The translations under genes were made by a program, and so were the position numbers. From Octopus bimaculoides (lineage: Eukaryota), in contig NC_068992.1 in NCBI RefSeq assembly GCF_001194135.2, forward strand, positions 55,910,706 through 55,974,705: a stretch of 64,000 nt of DNA, written 5' to 3'. The notes beneath the pieces are model-generated. The model had not been told where the DNA came from. It saw only the letters and a list, made by a program, of their open reading frames with translations, and searched no databases. Numbering within the stretch: position 1 is the first letter of the stretch; the number at the start of each line of letters is the position of its first letter. Below are positions 38,737 to 51,684 of this stretch, piece by piece.

Positions 38737-40343
38737 CATGCTCAATGTATTGTTGATTATATATCCCTAGTGTATTGGGATGAAACATGATCTCTGTGGA
38801 AGGTATATATGTGGCATTTTTGTGTTATTCCTGCAGGTTTTGATGCCTAATTTCAGAAGATAGTTTGATAAGAATACTTGCTTTTGATGTTTATTTTAGT
38901 GTTATTCTATGGCTATGTGGTGTGCAGCCTTGGAGTTATTGATATAACTAATTGCTTTATAGGAAATTGCTGTTTGTTTTGTTTTAGAGTTAATGGGAAT
39001 GCTTGCCAATTTTTTTCTGTTTATGTCTCTTTTCTTGAGATTGTTTTGTCTTTGTTTAGCTCTAAGTGTGCTATTTTGAAATTAACTCCTGGGTTTTATT
39101 GCTTTGTCTGTTTCAGTTGTTACTAATGTTTTTTTTTTGGAATGCTTCAAGTGTATATATCTTAAACTTTTCTCATGTGTTTCATCTGCACTTCCTAAGG
39201 TATCCTAAATCTCTATTGTAATTTTGTTTATTCTTTAACTGGGACTTAAAGCTGCTGTTTTGTGTGTGTAACCTTTCATTTGCTGTCAGTGCATTATAAA
39301 TTTTTATTGGTGATGGTTTGTTGGGTTTTTTGGGGTTTTTTTTTAGTGGAATTTTTTTATGTCATAACTGTGTGCCGTATGTGTAGGTTGTTTACTGAGT
39401 GTCACCATTACAAGATGTTTTGTCAAAGTAATAATACGATTTTACAGCAATGGGTGTTGTCCAAATCATATTATTTCTATTGTTGTTTAGCCACACTTTG
39501 CTTTTCGTGGAGCAAACTTATCAACGGCATTCAAGCTACAGCAACCACATCTTAATTTCATACTTAGAGTATCAAGGACTTCATAATCTAATGTCATTGC
39601 TTTTAGAAGGTAGAGTGTGACTTTGGGGAGAGTATACTGCCATTTCTGCCAGGTTTAGTAACCACATAGAAGCTGTGCTTGGATACTGATATTGTCAACA
39701 TTTCTAACTCTAGCCCAATTGTTACTAATTGTGCTTTTATTTTCTGTATGGTAAACGATTGTTTTTGACTGTTAAAATATTTCTCAGTATTAAAATAGCA
39801 TAAATTAGATGAGTCTGCTATACAGAATATACATGTATTTCATCTTTGTTAGCCTGTCTGTGATTCTGAATCTCTCACCATTTCTAAGGTTTCTATCACT
39901 ATCTGGCTTCGGAGACAACAAAAACCATGAAGAAGCCATTTTATCTTGTTCTTCTCACCCAATGTTTATTATCTCATTGATGCAGTATTTATAATTTGTT
40001 TAAATAATAACATGTTCTGGAATTTGTTTTGTGTTTGGAATTTTTAAGAGTAATTAACAGTAGAATTTGCCATTTCAAATGGTAGTTTAATAAATATCAC
40101 ATCTTATCAGAAATCTTACAAATGTGTTTCCATAGTGATGTGCTAAACATACTTTTTTTTCTTTTTTGCTTTGTGTTTTAATTTTATCTGTAAAGATATC
40201 CTGTCAGCTGATTTTTTACTTCTTTTTTTTTTAATTTTTACCTGACCGTTTATAACTTCACCCTTTCAAGCATAAATTAAAACCTGAAGCAAATTAAAAT
40301 AATCTTGGTGCAATGTTTGAAAATTTTTAATTAATACTTTTTA

Positions 40344-41543
40344 TGAAGGTCAGCTGAAAAGTTCATTAGACGATATAACCAAATGAGGTTTATTTTTCAA
40401 CACAGTCTCCCTTGTAGTCCACACACTTCTTCCATTAGTGTTACAGTGCTTAGATATCATTGAAGATACTTTTATCCTGATGGTGAAAAAACTTAACAGC
40501 AGATATGACATCATCATCATCATTGCGATAGTAATTCCCAACCAAGTGTTTTTTCATGTTGGGGAACATGATAGTCAGATGAGGCCAAATCAGGAAAATA
40601 GGGAGGATGATCAGCCAGTTCAAAGCCACAGTCACATACAACAGCCATTGAAACCAAAGATTTGTTTGCTGGGGCATTGTCCTGATAAAATAAAACCCCT
40701 TTCACCAGTTTTCCTGGGTATTTGGTCTTGATAGCCTTTTGTAACTGCCTCAGCAAGTTGGCATAATACTTTCTGTTGATGGTGTGGTCCTTTTGAGGAT
40801 AATCAATAAGTGCCTTTTGCATCCCCTAAAAACTAAGGTGATCATCGCCCCTGCAGATGAAGCAGGGTGTTTCCATTGCATGGATTGTCTCTTTGTCTTT
40901 GGCTCAAAGTAATCCTGGCTTAGGAAATGTTCAAGGGCAGTAGCTAAATCTACCTCAAACAATGTTAGATTTTCCTGTGATGTGATCAGCCTAGTGAACT
41001 TTTGATTAGATGTCAGATGTGGCAGTCACTGAGTAGAAGTCTTCACCATGCCAAGTTTATTACGCAGAATATTATCAACTCTCTCACACAGGATATGCTG
41101 ATAGCATTGGCTATTTGATTTATAGTCAGTCACCTGTCCGCCATCACCATGTGGTGAACATGATCGGTTTTCCTCAGTTGGTGGCAGTTGCAGGACATCC
41201 AAATGTAGGGTCATTTTCAAGACTCTCTCTTTCCCTCCTTTGCACTATTGATAAAGCTAGAACATCATCCCTAATGTAGCAGCAATGTCAGCGTGAATGT
41301 TCTTGGGGGTTAAACCCTTTTACTGTAAGTATTTGATAACACCATGATGCCAAATATTGTTGATTTTTCAAGAGAAGTCACTACTAGTTATTTTCAAAGT
41401 CTTCTTTGAACAGTCAAACACCAATTTACCTGGAAAGAGAATGCTGTTATTAATAAGAAGAGTTGAAATTAATGCATGCAAGATTTCACAGCTCTAGCAT
41501 CACTCCTTCATAATCAGCTTGTGAACTTTCCAGCACACCCTCG
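40344..41543 (-). mobile_element. Near full-length mariner (D,D34D; irritans-like TIR), inactive
   Basis: TA flanks; TIR ta-cgagggtgtgctggaaagttc vs ta-tgaaggtcagctgaaaagttc; QDNAPANK...HPPYFPDLASSDY with D34D spacing; FEPKTKRQSMQWKH; frameshifts. Confidence 0.92.
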
Positions 41544-42089
41544 TATGCCTTTATCAAAGCATTTTGTATGAGCTTATGGGGATCATGTTTTAGAAATACA
41601 TTTTTTTGCTGTGGTTGCAAATGATATCATTTTTCAACTGAAACGGGGACACAGTCAATCCGTGCATTGAATGTAAACTTTCGTAAAGATTCTTCAATGT
41701 TAATTGATTGAATTCATTTAAGCACTCAACAAATGCCTATATATAATATGTTAATATATAATATGTTAATATTGTGTTTTCTTGACTTTGTCACAGGCAC
41801 CTTCGCAAGGCAAATACTGATTCTGTGTATCTATGATATGCTGTTGTATTCTTAACACCCTTATGTAGCAATAATGAATTTCCTATTTTGTTGTTCAGCA
41901 GTAAATAGTACATATATAACAATTTCCAGTGCTGACCCTTTTTTGGGGTGGGGTGGGGTTTAATACACACACATACATCCCTTTCAGTTCTGTTTCATAC
42001 ATTGTGAAATACCAATACCTGTAGTTTGATATAAGCTATTGTTAATTTTAGACTCAACTTTAGTTTCTATAAGTAAATACAGTATTGCA

Positions 42090-42821
42090 CGAAGTACATT
42101 CCAGAAGTTTTAAGACTTTTTTTTTTTTTTTTTTTAGGAGAGGCAGTTATAATTGTTCTATTAGAATTTTAGTATACCATTACCATACATCTAATAAGCT
42201 GACCTGCCAACTTTTATTATTCTAGATTGAAGGACGTGAAGACAATTTAGAAGCTCACTATTCAATGGAATTTTGTGTTAGTCTGGAGCATTTTTGCCCA
42301 ATTTGTTTGCAGGTTAACTTGTATAAACCAAATATCAGTTTTTCACTGCGCAAGTGGCTAGGCTAAGCAATTCCACTAGGAAGCTTATGACGCTCTTGTC
42401 TTTTGACAGCAAGGGCATCATCTCTATTCACTGGATTCTCTCTGGCCAGACAGTTGACAAAGAGTACTTTGTGGAGGTTTGGTGAGGAGTTCGGAAAGAG
42501 ATTTCATCGCAAAAGGCCAGAACACCTACACAAGTCCACAATTCCATCTTGGTAATCATCTACACAACAGAGATGGGCATTTAAACTGCCCCTCACCCTC
42601 CCTACAGTGTCCAGACCTTTACTCCCTCAGGCAGTTGTTTTGAAGACATTGATGAGAAGATGGAGGCTGTGTCAATAGTCCTGAACACCTTCACTTTGGA
42701 AGACATCCATGGGGCCTTCACAAAGTGGCTAGAGCGCTATGACGAGTATATTGAAGTTGGAGGGTCCTACTTTGGAGATGTTTTGTACCTTGAAATTGTC
42801 TCCTATCCGGAATGCACCTTG
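42090..42821 (+). mobile_element. Internally deleted mariner, different family
   Basis: KLMTLLSFDSKGIISIHWILSGQTVDKEYFVEV, PHPPYS, HGAFTKWLERYDEYIEVGGSYF; imperfect TIR cgaagtacattccaga / tccggaatgcaccttg. Confidence 0.85.
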
Positions 42822-42920
42822 TAGTCAAATGAAATTACTTCAGATTTCCAATGAATCCCTGTAACTTCAAGCAAATCAAAACTTAGATGCCTTGTTATAT
42901 TTCATCAGAATATCCACTCT

Positions 42921-43131
42921 TTAACCCTTTAGCATTCAGATTTTTCTGTCAAATTTAACACTTATTCATTCACATTGTTTTGAATTAATCATGCAGTATC
43001 CTGTAACCTTGAGGTTTCAGTGATGTGACTGTTTATTAGAATAATATTGTAGAGTAAGTGTGAGAAGCTGGATCTGGCCAGTTTGAATATAAAACAGAAT
43101 ATTTGGGCCAGTTTAAATGCTAAAGGGTTTC
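42921..43131 (+). mobile_element. MITE family 1 (TTAA-CCCTTTAGCATT...AATGCTAAAGGG-TTAA, piggyBac-type)
   Basis: Terminal inverted repeat read directly; further copies about 17135-17335, 18372-18612, 26233-26430, 47558-47781, 47904-48122, 53060-53590 (split), 58186-58331, 60817-61776 (split). Confidence 0.85.
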
Positions 43132-46100
43132 TTCTAAGATTATTTTGTTTTGAGATTACTTTAATTTTTTAATTTTTCTTTTTTAAGATTAATTGTAATT
43201 TGCCTCAAGTTTTTTTTTTTTAAATTTGTACTTGAAAAGATATAGTTGCCTTTTTATACCATATAGTATTAGAACTTGATACACTGGGGCAACTCTAAAT
43301 ATGCACTATCATTGTAGACAAAACATATGATGAATGAAACTCATGACGTATGTATGGGCTTGTAAGCTGGACACTTTAGCCTACCAACCAGTGTGCACCT
43401 AGCTCATAACTAATTAACTGGTCTATTGATTTTATGGGTGTCTGTTACATTTTCAAAGGAGAACCGTTAATATCATTTGAAACCCACAACGTCTTGATTA
43501 ATAAACCATTAATCAATACTCACATTGATAACAATGCTGTCAAAGCTTCTGGCTGAAAAATTATTTTTATCTAGTGGCTACTAATTGGAGCATTGGTCTT
43601 GAAGGATGGTAGATAGTAATACTTGAAACAACACCTTTAACATGTCTTATGTTGGTGCATACACATTAAACTGTTGATGGTGATGATACAGCACACTATA
43701 GGATGAGTCAGCTAATATCTCACTTAGCTATAGAAGACTAATTTGCAGGTAAATGTTGTGTTACAAGGACCTCATGTTCTCATTTCTGTAGAACTAACTG
43801 TAACTAAAGTGTATCTTTAACCTTGTTGCTGGTTGAGAGCAGCACTACAGATCTGTTGCTATATCTGCACTAACCTTGATCAGTAACCCCTATTCTTTTA
43901 TGTAGGTTGGGTACATTGCACCTTTTTCAGGATAATAGGAGAAAAGAAGTTTCAGTGCTGTTTTACTTCATTTGTTGTATGTGTCCTGGCTGGCTTTTCA
44001 GAGAAGTCAACCTTGCAAACTTCGTCATCTTCAGAAACAAAGATAAAATATCGAATGTTTAGCTAATCGTTCATTGATGCTTTCCTTCAACTCCATTCTG
44101 GTATTAAAGGCTATATTGATTTCAGAACTGAATTTGTGTGTGTGTGTGCATGTCTACTTATGAGTTAGGTAAATAGAAGTCTATTTGTACGATGGTGTCT
44201 ATTGTTAAGGTTTTAGCTGTTAGTATACATCTCAAGAGACCTAACAGCATTAGAGAAAAGGACTTGCACAGTATGCTTTCTTTCTTTTTTTGTGAGGGGG
44301 TGGGTTCAATATTGATTAGTCAGTGCAGCCAATCAGTAACACATCAAAAAGAGATTTATCAGTTAGTACTTGTCCGATTAATCGACAGCCAAAGATTTAT
44401 TTTTAACTTGACACTAGATAATGAAACTTGGCTGTCAATCAAATGGTAACTTTTTAAGCTAAGAAATAAATGGTAGCTAATTAAAACCAGCTGTATACTT
44501 GTAATTATCATTTTTAATTGTGTAGGATGAAGGTGGTGAGCTGGCAGAATCATTAGAGCATCAAACAAAAATGTCTTGCAGTATTTCTTCCAATACATTA
44601 CATTCTGAGTTCAAATTCTGCCAAGATTGACTTTGCTTTTCATTACCTGAAGATGTAGTAAATAGGGCAATAAACTGAAATTAAATTTCATGGTTATTCC
44701 AGTGATGTTAAATATCTACCAAAAAATAAAGAGTATTTTTCTGCAAATCATGTTGCTGCAATAAACACCACATTAGCTTGACAAAAAAAAAAAAAAAAAA
44801 AANNNNNNNNNNGTAATGAAATTTTGAGTAGATATATCTGATTTCTACTCTAAAAGGCTTAACGAAATGCAATATTTAGTTAATGTTTGAGATATAACAA
44901 AGCATTCTTACATAATATGGAAAGTTTTAATTTAAAAATTGAAACTTTGAAATGAGTAATTTTATATTGTACCTGTCAGACAAACTGATATTAGATACTT
45001 TAATTATAGTTAATGTAACATAATGGTTTTATAATTATTCATTGAAGCTGTTATTTGAATGTACAGAAATTTTTCTGCTAAAAACCACCTGTAGCTGACT
45101 TTGCATGATTTGGTTTTCAGAAGATATAAAAAGTATTTGAATTATCTGAACAGTCTCTTTGTAACTTTATCCTTATGAATTTGAAATTTCAACATGTGTT
45201 TAGTAGTGAATAGGTTTTTTGTTTTTTTCTTCTTATAATGAATGTAACATTTAATTTGGTAATGGTTTCAATTTACCACCAAGTACAACAGTTTTCAAAA
45301 AAAAAAAAAAATTTAACCATCTTGACACTGAACGATCTTTTCATATATAGCTGATTCCTCATTTTTATTCCCCACATAATTTTTCAGTTCAAAATTGCCT
45401 ATATTTTGATAGTAAGACGCCCCTTTCTCATAATTATCAGTAAACATTACATCACAATATATCTTCTACTTAATTTTTGTTTTATTGTGACTGTAACTAG
45501 CACACCAAACATTCATTTGGTCACCTGATTAAAAAAATCCTCTGAACCCAATTTTCTTTCAAACCACCAACCAGTCTTGTAAGGTTTGTGACCAAGGGTT
45601 TGTCAACTTCTTGTTTATGACCGAATTATATAGCATTTACAGTAAAAAGGTTTGTATTTTCTCATAAGCTAAAAGCACCTGTGCTGGTGCCACATATAAG
45701 GCACCCATGCTGGCACCACTTAAAAGAACACCCATACCAGTGCCATGTAAAAGAGCACCCAGTACATTCTGTAAAGTGGTTGGCATTACGAAGCGCATCC
45801 AACTGTAGAAACCGTGCCAAGACAGATGACTAGAACCTGGTGCAACCTTCCAGATTGCACCAGGCTCCTGTCAAACTGTCCAACCCATGCAAGAATGGAA
45901 AATGGACATTAAAAGCTCTATCTTACATGACATCAGTTCATGATTCTTCAAACATAAGAACATCATCATCATTTACTGTTCTTTCCATGTTCACATGGGT
46001 TGGGTGAAATTTGTTGAGGCAGATTTCCTATGGCTGGATGCCCTTCCTGTCATCAACCATATTGCTTCCAAGTAAAATATCTCCCCACGACCAGAGACCA

Positions 46101-46651
46101 ATGTCTTGGAAGATTGAAAATGGACATACCTTGCATGATGGTAACACTCGCTTAAAAATTTTACACCATGTCAAAACAAGGAGACAGTAACACATGCACA
46201 AGACCTGCATAACAAGGCTTTAGTTAACCTGGGGCTATAGTAGAAGACACTTGCCCGAAATGCTATGTAGTGGGACTGAGCCTGAAACCATGTGGTTGGG
46301 AAGGAAACTTCTTACCAGCACCTTGTCAAATACGCAGCCCACAACAGCTTATGCTTTTGCTGTTTAAAGAGTAGGATAATCAGCCTGAGATGGTTATTTT
46401 TCTTTAGATAGACTATGCAAGTTCTGCATTCCTGCCACCAAGATTTATAAACATTCACCATTTATTTGCATGAATAGGGTTAATTTGTTTTCATTAATGT
46501 TGAAGCAGCAATCTAGTGCTGCTGTTACTATTACCTCCCAGCATAATAAATTAGTATATGTAAAATTTTGTTGTTGGATTTTTCTCTCTCTCCATATGTT
46601 TAGATTAAATATTAATTTTTTTCCTCTTCAATTTTTCAGCCCATAGTGAAA

Positions 46652-46852
46652 ATGGCACAGTTCATATATCCCTTGCCAAATGCCCAAACTGCAGCAGCTT
46701 ATCCAGCAGCGCAAACTGCATATGTTGCAGCACCCCAGGCAGCTTATGCTACTGCTGCCCCTAGAGCTGGACAATCAGCCTATGATAGTTACCAGACAGC
46801 TCATGCAGCTCCACAGTATGCTTATACAACAAGGACTCAAGTTGCTGTCACT
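46652..46852 (+). CDS. ZFR: ZFR coding exon 1 (MAQFIYPLPNAQTAAAYPAAQ...TRTQVAVT); exon starts at 46640
   Basis: Acceptor tttttcag|ccc at 46639/40, ATG in aaaATGG context, donor act|gtatgt (phase 0); Ala/Tyr-rich like the ZFR N-terminus. Start codon is inferred. Confidence 0.8.
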
Positions 46853-47903
46853 GTATGTATACTACAAGCCTCTTAAATTTATTTGATTTTGAATGTGTGT
46901 GCATTTATCAGCTACATTTGATACTTAATTTGAATTTGAGCTGTATTTTTTTTTTCTTTTTGCATTCGTTTATCTTCATTATATTCACTTTAACAGAATA
47001 TATTCTAAAAGAAAAAGTGAGAATAAACCGTTTCATTTTTTTTATTAATGGTTTTGCTTCTGTAAATTTTTTTAATTTTTTGATTTGTAACAAGTTTCTG
47101 GCGTGGTTGCTTTCTTGCAGCATCTGGTGTGAATATCTTGAACTAAATAAATTCCAAACAACTAGTCACATTCATTGAGATCCTAGTTGGGAAATTATCA
47201 TTGATGTGGTGTTTTTTTCACTTAACCCTGTTTGAGAAAAACAGTGATTAAAAATTGTCAGATATCCAATCTTAGAACTTGGAACAAACTCAAAGGCAGT
47301 GATTTCACAATATCTAGTTCCACATACCTGAAGAGCAGCTTGTTATTATAAGACTAAGGCCATCGTGATGAGTGTGAAAGGAAAGAAAATTTATCATCTA
47401 TGCAAATGTGAAGATTTAGTCATTGTGTAGGACTGGGGCATTTTGGTTATAACTGTCGGTGATTTTTGGATTATTGTTAGCAAAAATAGTTCAGTTAATA
47501 TCAAGAGTCAACTAACTTTAAAAAAAAGAAATGGTTTTTAAAAAAAAATTTTTTTTTTTAATCCTTTAGCATTCAGATTACTCTGTTGAATGTACTTCAT
47601 TTATTCACATTGGTTTGAATTAATCATACATTAATCTTGTGGGTTCAAGATTTGGATGATGTGATTTACTTTTAGAATAATGTTTTAGAGAAGGTGTGAG
47701 AGGCTGGATCTGGTTGGTTTGAACATAAAACAGGTAGAATATTTGGGCTGGGTCTGGTTGGTTTAAATGCTAAAGAGTTAATGTTTGAGACTTAGTCATT
47801 TTCAGAGACTTTCCTATTATAAGCAAACTGCTTTTTTAGGTATATTTAAGACTATATAATGTGCCCTTTTCAAGATGGTAGGATGGAGGGGTAAACTTAT
47901 GTC

Positions 47904-48122
47904 TTAACCCTTTAGCATTCAGATTATTCTATGAAATGTAATCCTTAATTATTCACATTGGTTTGAATTAATTTTACATTATCTCATGACTTCAATATTT
48001 CAATAATGGAATCGGTTGTTTTTAGAATAGCATTGTAGAATAGGCTTTAGATACCCAATCTAGCAGGTTTCAACATAAAGCCAGGTAGAATATTTGGGCC
48101 GGATTAAATGCTAAAGGATTAA
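47904..48122 (+). mobile_element. MITE family 1 copy just upstream of a ZFR exon
   Basis: ttaaccctttagcattc ... aaatgctaaaggattaa. Confidence 0.85.
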
Positions 48123-48224
48123 ATATGAAAATGAATTGTATTTTGTAAATGTTAGTGAAAGTTGTTGTCGACATTTCTGAATATGTAACAACAACGATGA
48201 TGATGAATATTTATCTTTTTACAG

Positions 48225-48345
48225 CCTGCCGTGACTTACGATCAGACTAAAGCTTACTACCAACCTACTCAAGGTGTAGCAGCAGCAGCAGCTGCTGCTG
48301 CTGCTGTAGCCTCTTACACTGCTGCAGAAACACATTACCAAGCTG
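48225..48345 (+). CDS. ZFR: ZFR exon (PAVTYDQTKAYYQPTQGVAAAAAAAAAVASYTAAETHYQA)
   Basis: ttttacag|cct ... gctg|gtatgt; resembles the ZFR PAVAYDSKQYYQQ...ETYYQ segment; phase 0 to 1. Confidence 0.9.
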
Positions 48346-48401
48346 GTATGTATTATTTCATGCCTCAACAATTTACTGTCTGAAGCTTGTGCGTGTATGT
48401 A

Positions 48402-48460
<59 letters not shown>

Positions 48461-48461
48461 G

Positions 48462-48497
<36 letters not shown>

Positions 48498-49532
48498 TTG
48501 TTCAGGTGGTTATATGTACTTCAGTTATTTTTGTATTCAAGCACTTTACAAGAATCTTTTATTAACCAAAGATAGTTTAAAATATCCTAAACCTATGATG
48601 CTGTTTTGGTTTTTGAGCATTCATATACTTTGCATTTTGTGTGCTTTATGAAAAAATACCAAACGAATACTTTTCCATGGGTTTCATGTATGAGTATCTG
48701 CTAGAAAATCCTTCAATCTCCACATCTTTGTTTTTAGAAATCTTCCTTCATTGCTTTGATTTCACTGTATAATCTGAAGTTTGATCTGTTTTTGACAAAG
48801 TAAAAGCATGGCTGTCCTTGCATACAGGCTAATCACCTGCAACCCTCTTCAGCCGAGCATCTCTTGTCTCTCAGGCTTGTGGTTTGCTGGTGCCACATGA
48901 AAAAAGTACATATGCCAGTGCATCCAGTACACTCTGTAAAGTGGTTGTTGTTAGGGACATCCAAAACAGACTGAGCCTGAACAGCCCTTCAGCTGGTCAG
49001 CTCCTGTCAAACTGTCCAACCCATGTCAGCATGGAAAACAGACGTTAAATGATGATGATAATGTTTAACTTCTATCTCTCTGTCTCTGAGGATGGTTTTA
49101 TGCTCTGGAACAGTCTCAGAGTATTGCAGTTGTCTCTTTTATTCGGATGGAATGTTCAGTTACATTTCCTCACGTTCTAATAGGGGTTACTAGCTGTTGT
49201 CTTATTCATAAAGATATTCTAACTTTATTTTACTTTGCTAGCGGAGAATCTTTTAGATTCTGAACTATAATGATGAAGCATTTTGATTTTGTTTTTTCCC
49301 TGTTATCACAGTCTAGTTTAACTTTTAGAAGACTGTCTAGCACAGTCATGGGCAGCCCATAGGACTTTCTGAATGGCATGCCCAACAAAAATTCTTTGTA
49401 ATAGTGCTTGATGATGAGCTGTGTCTCATGTGGCTTGCTTCTCAGAAAATGTTGCCCGTGCTTAGTCTAGTGTTTCTCTTTTCTTTTTGTTGTCATTGCA
49501 TCTCGATCAATGTTTGTAGAATTCTGAGTTTT

Positions 49533-49856
49533 CTGGCAACGATCTCGCTCGATGGCACGTGTAAAGACGTTCGAGCGAAATCGTTGCCAGTGCCGCCGAA
49601 CTGGCTCCTGTGCAGGTGGTACGTAAAATACATCATTTTGAGCATGGCCGTTGCTAGTACCACCTGACTGGCCTTCGTGCCAGTGGCACGTAAAAGCACC
49701 TACTACACTCTCGGAGTGATTGGCATTAGGAAGGGCATCCAGCTGTAGAAACTCTGCCAAATCAGATTGGAGCCTGATGTAGCCATCTGGTTTCACCAGT
49801 CCTCAGTCAAATCGTCCAACCCATGCTAGCATGGAAAGCGGACGTTAAACAATGAT
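49533..49856 (+). mobile_element. Young 5'-truncated RTE tail with a 20-bp 5' fold-back
   Basis: Tail nearly identical to 5345-5595 and 57722-57869. Confidence 0.85.
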
Positions 49857-50286
49857 GTGTTGTTTTTGATCAAGATTACTTGTGCAATCATTTAACGTTG
49901 AGTAGATTTAAGTGATGATTAAGTAGGACAAGCGAATATCTTTTCAATCTGACAAATGCAGAGTTGTGAATGAGAAATATAATTACGATTTAATTTTTCA
50001 CCTAATTTTTATTTTGAGTTTATTAGAATGGAGCCTCAAAGATAAAATACATGTAGAGTATCACAGTTGTTTGTAAAGGAAAAGAATGTCTTTGTATGAT
50101 AGCAAATGAAAATGAGTTATGTGAATTGGAAAGAATTTGGTGAATAATGAAAATAAACAATAATAGTGAAGTAATAAAAGTAAACAAACAGTAAAGCTTC
50201 AGCTTTTTTTTTTTTTTTTAAGTTGACATGTTTAATCAAATGTGATGTTGTTTAGCCAACTCTATGAAGTTTGTAATCTATTTCAG

Positions 50287-50478
50287 CGAAACCAACTTAT
50301 ACAACTAGTACCACTTACCAGACCCAACCCCGACAAACAGCCACACAGAAAGCTACTCCAGTGCAAGTTACTACAACTCCTGCTACCTATGTCTACACAG
50401 CCACAACTACTCCTACCGCTGCTACAACTTATGCAACTCCAAGTTATGCTTCGACTACAAGCTCAGGATCCTATTCTG
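50287..50478 (+). CDS. ZFR: ZFR exon (AKPTYTTSTTYQTQPRQ...ASTTSSGSYS)
   Basis: tttcag|cg ... tctg|gtaagt; 192 nt, phase 1-1; open Thr/Ala/Tyr-rich frame. Confidence 0.9.
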
Positions 50479-51684
50479 GTAAGTTATCTATCATGGGTTC
50501 ATTCCACCAGATATGTGCAGTATTTTCATTCACAGCTGTCCCCAAAAACCTATATTATTTTGTAAACAGGAACTATGCAAACCTAGATGGCGAAAGATTA
50601 ATCTATATATACATTTAGAAGGAAAGAGATCTATTTAATAATAAAAAAAAAAATATAAAAAAAAAAAAAAAGTACTTCTTCATTCTCGGTGAACGTCTCT
50701 AAAGAAGTAGGATATTTAATAAAGCTAATATTTATGAATGTTTTACTTTCATTTTTCATTTTGGTTTCATGTAAATAAAGGCTGGATGGGGTTGTAAAAC
50801 TATTTAATAACTTTTGTAGCAGAGATTTGTGGGAAGATGAACAGATTGGGAGAAGAGCTCATGTTTTTGAGCATGTATTAGGCTCTGTGTCTAATAGTCA
50901 CTAGAGTCTATTAGAGTCGCTTCTAGATTTTTCTAGAGTCACTTATTTATTTGTCCATCTGAGTTCAAATTCTGCTGAAGTTGACTTTGTTTTTCATCCT
51001 TTTGGGATTGAGGAAATAAGTACTAGTTGATTACTAAGGGGTCGATATAATCGACTTATCCCCTCCCCCGATCTTACTGACCTTGGCTTTGATACTTTGT
51101 GTTACTCAGTTTGGCACATTTGTAGGTTCAGATCCAATATGGCTGTGAAGCAGTTGGCTGTAGAATAAGTTACCAATTACAGTTGAGATTGTTTAAACCC
51201 TTTCACTGTGAAAATTTGCTTTGCAGCCTTTGTTAAAAGATTAAGTAATATTTGATATGATTTATCTTTTACTGGTTTTAGTCATTAGACTGCGACCATG
51301 CTAGGGCACTGTCTTGAAGAGTTAAGTCAAACAAATCAACCCCACTACTTCATCCCACCCCTCTTTTCTTTTTTTAATTAGGCCTTGTATATTTCTATTG
51401 GTCTCTTTTTGCCAAATTGCTAAGTTAGGGGAACATAAACAAACCACCAACAGTTGTTAAGTTGTGGTAGGTGAGAAAGACAATACAGACACACACAGAT
51501 ATAGGTACTTGCACACAAAGGGCTTCTTTCAGTTTCTGTCTACCAAATCACTCACAAGGCTTTGGTTGACCCGGGACTATGGTAGAAGACACTGGGCCTA
51601 AGGTGCCATGCTGTGGGACTGAATCCAAGGACAGCATGGTTGGGAAGCAAGCTTCTTAAATGCACAGTCACATCTCCATCTATC

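Noticed and set aside
39491-39586. PHFAFRGANL as the missing NYFGF exon
   Set aside because: Similarity too weak, no upstream ATG in the exon, and it ends in a stop without a good donor.
43450-44100. Possible old hAT remnant on the minus strand
   Set aside because: Only faint motif resemblance.
13000-46600. Intronic C/D or H/ACA snoRNAs and a nested protein-coding gene
   Set aside because: No properly spaced C/D box pair with a terminal stem and no chain of in-frame non-TE exons found by eye; needs Infernal and transcript mapping.
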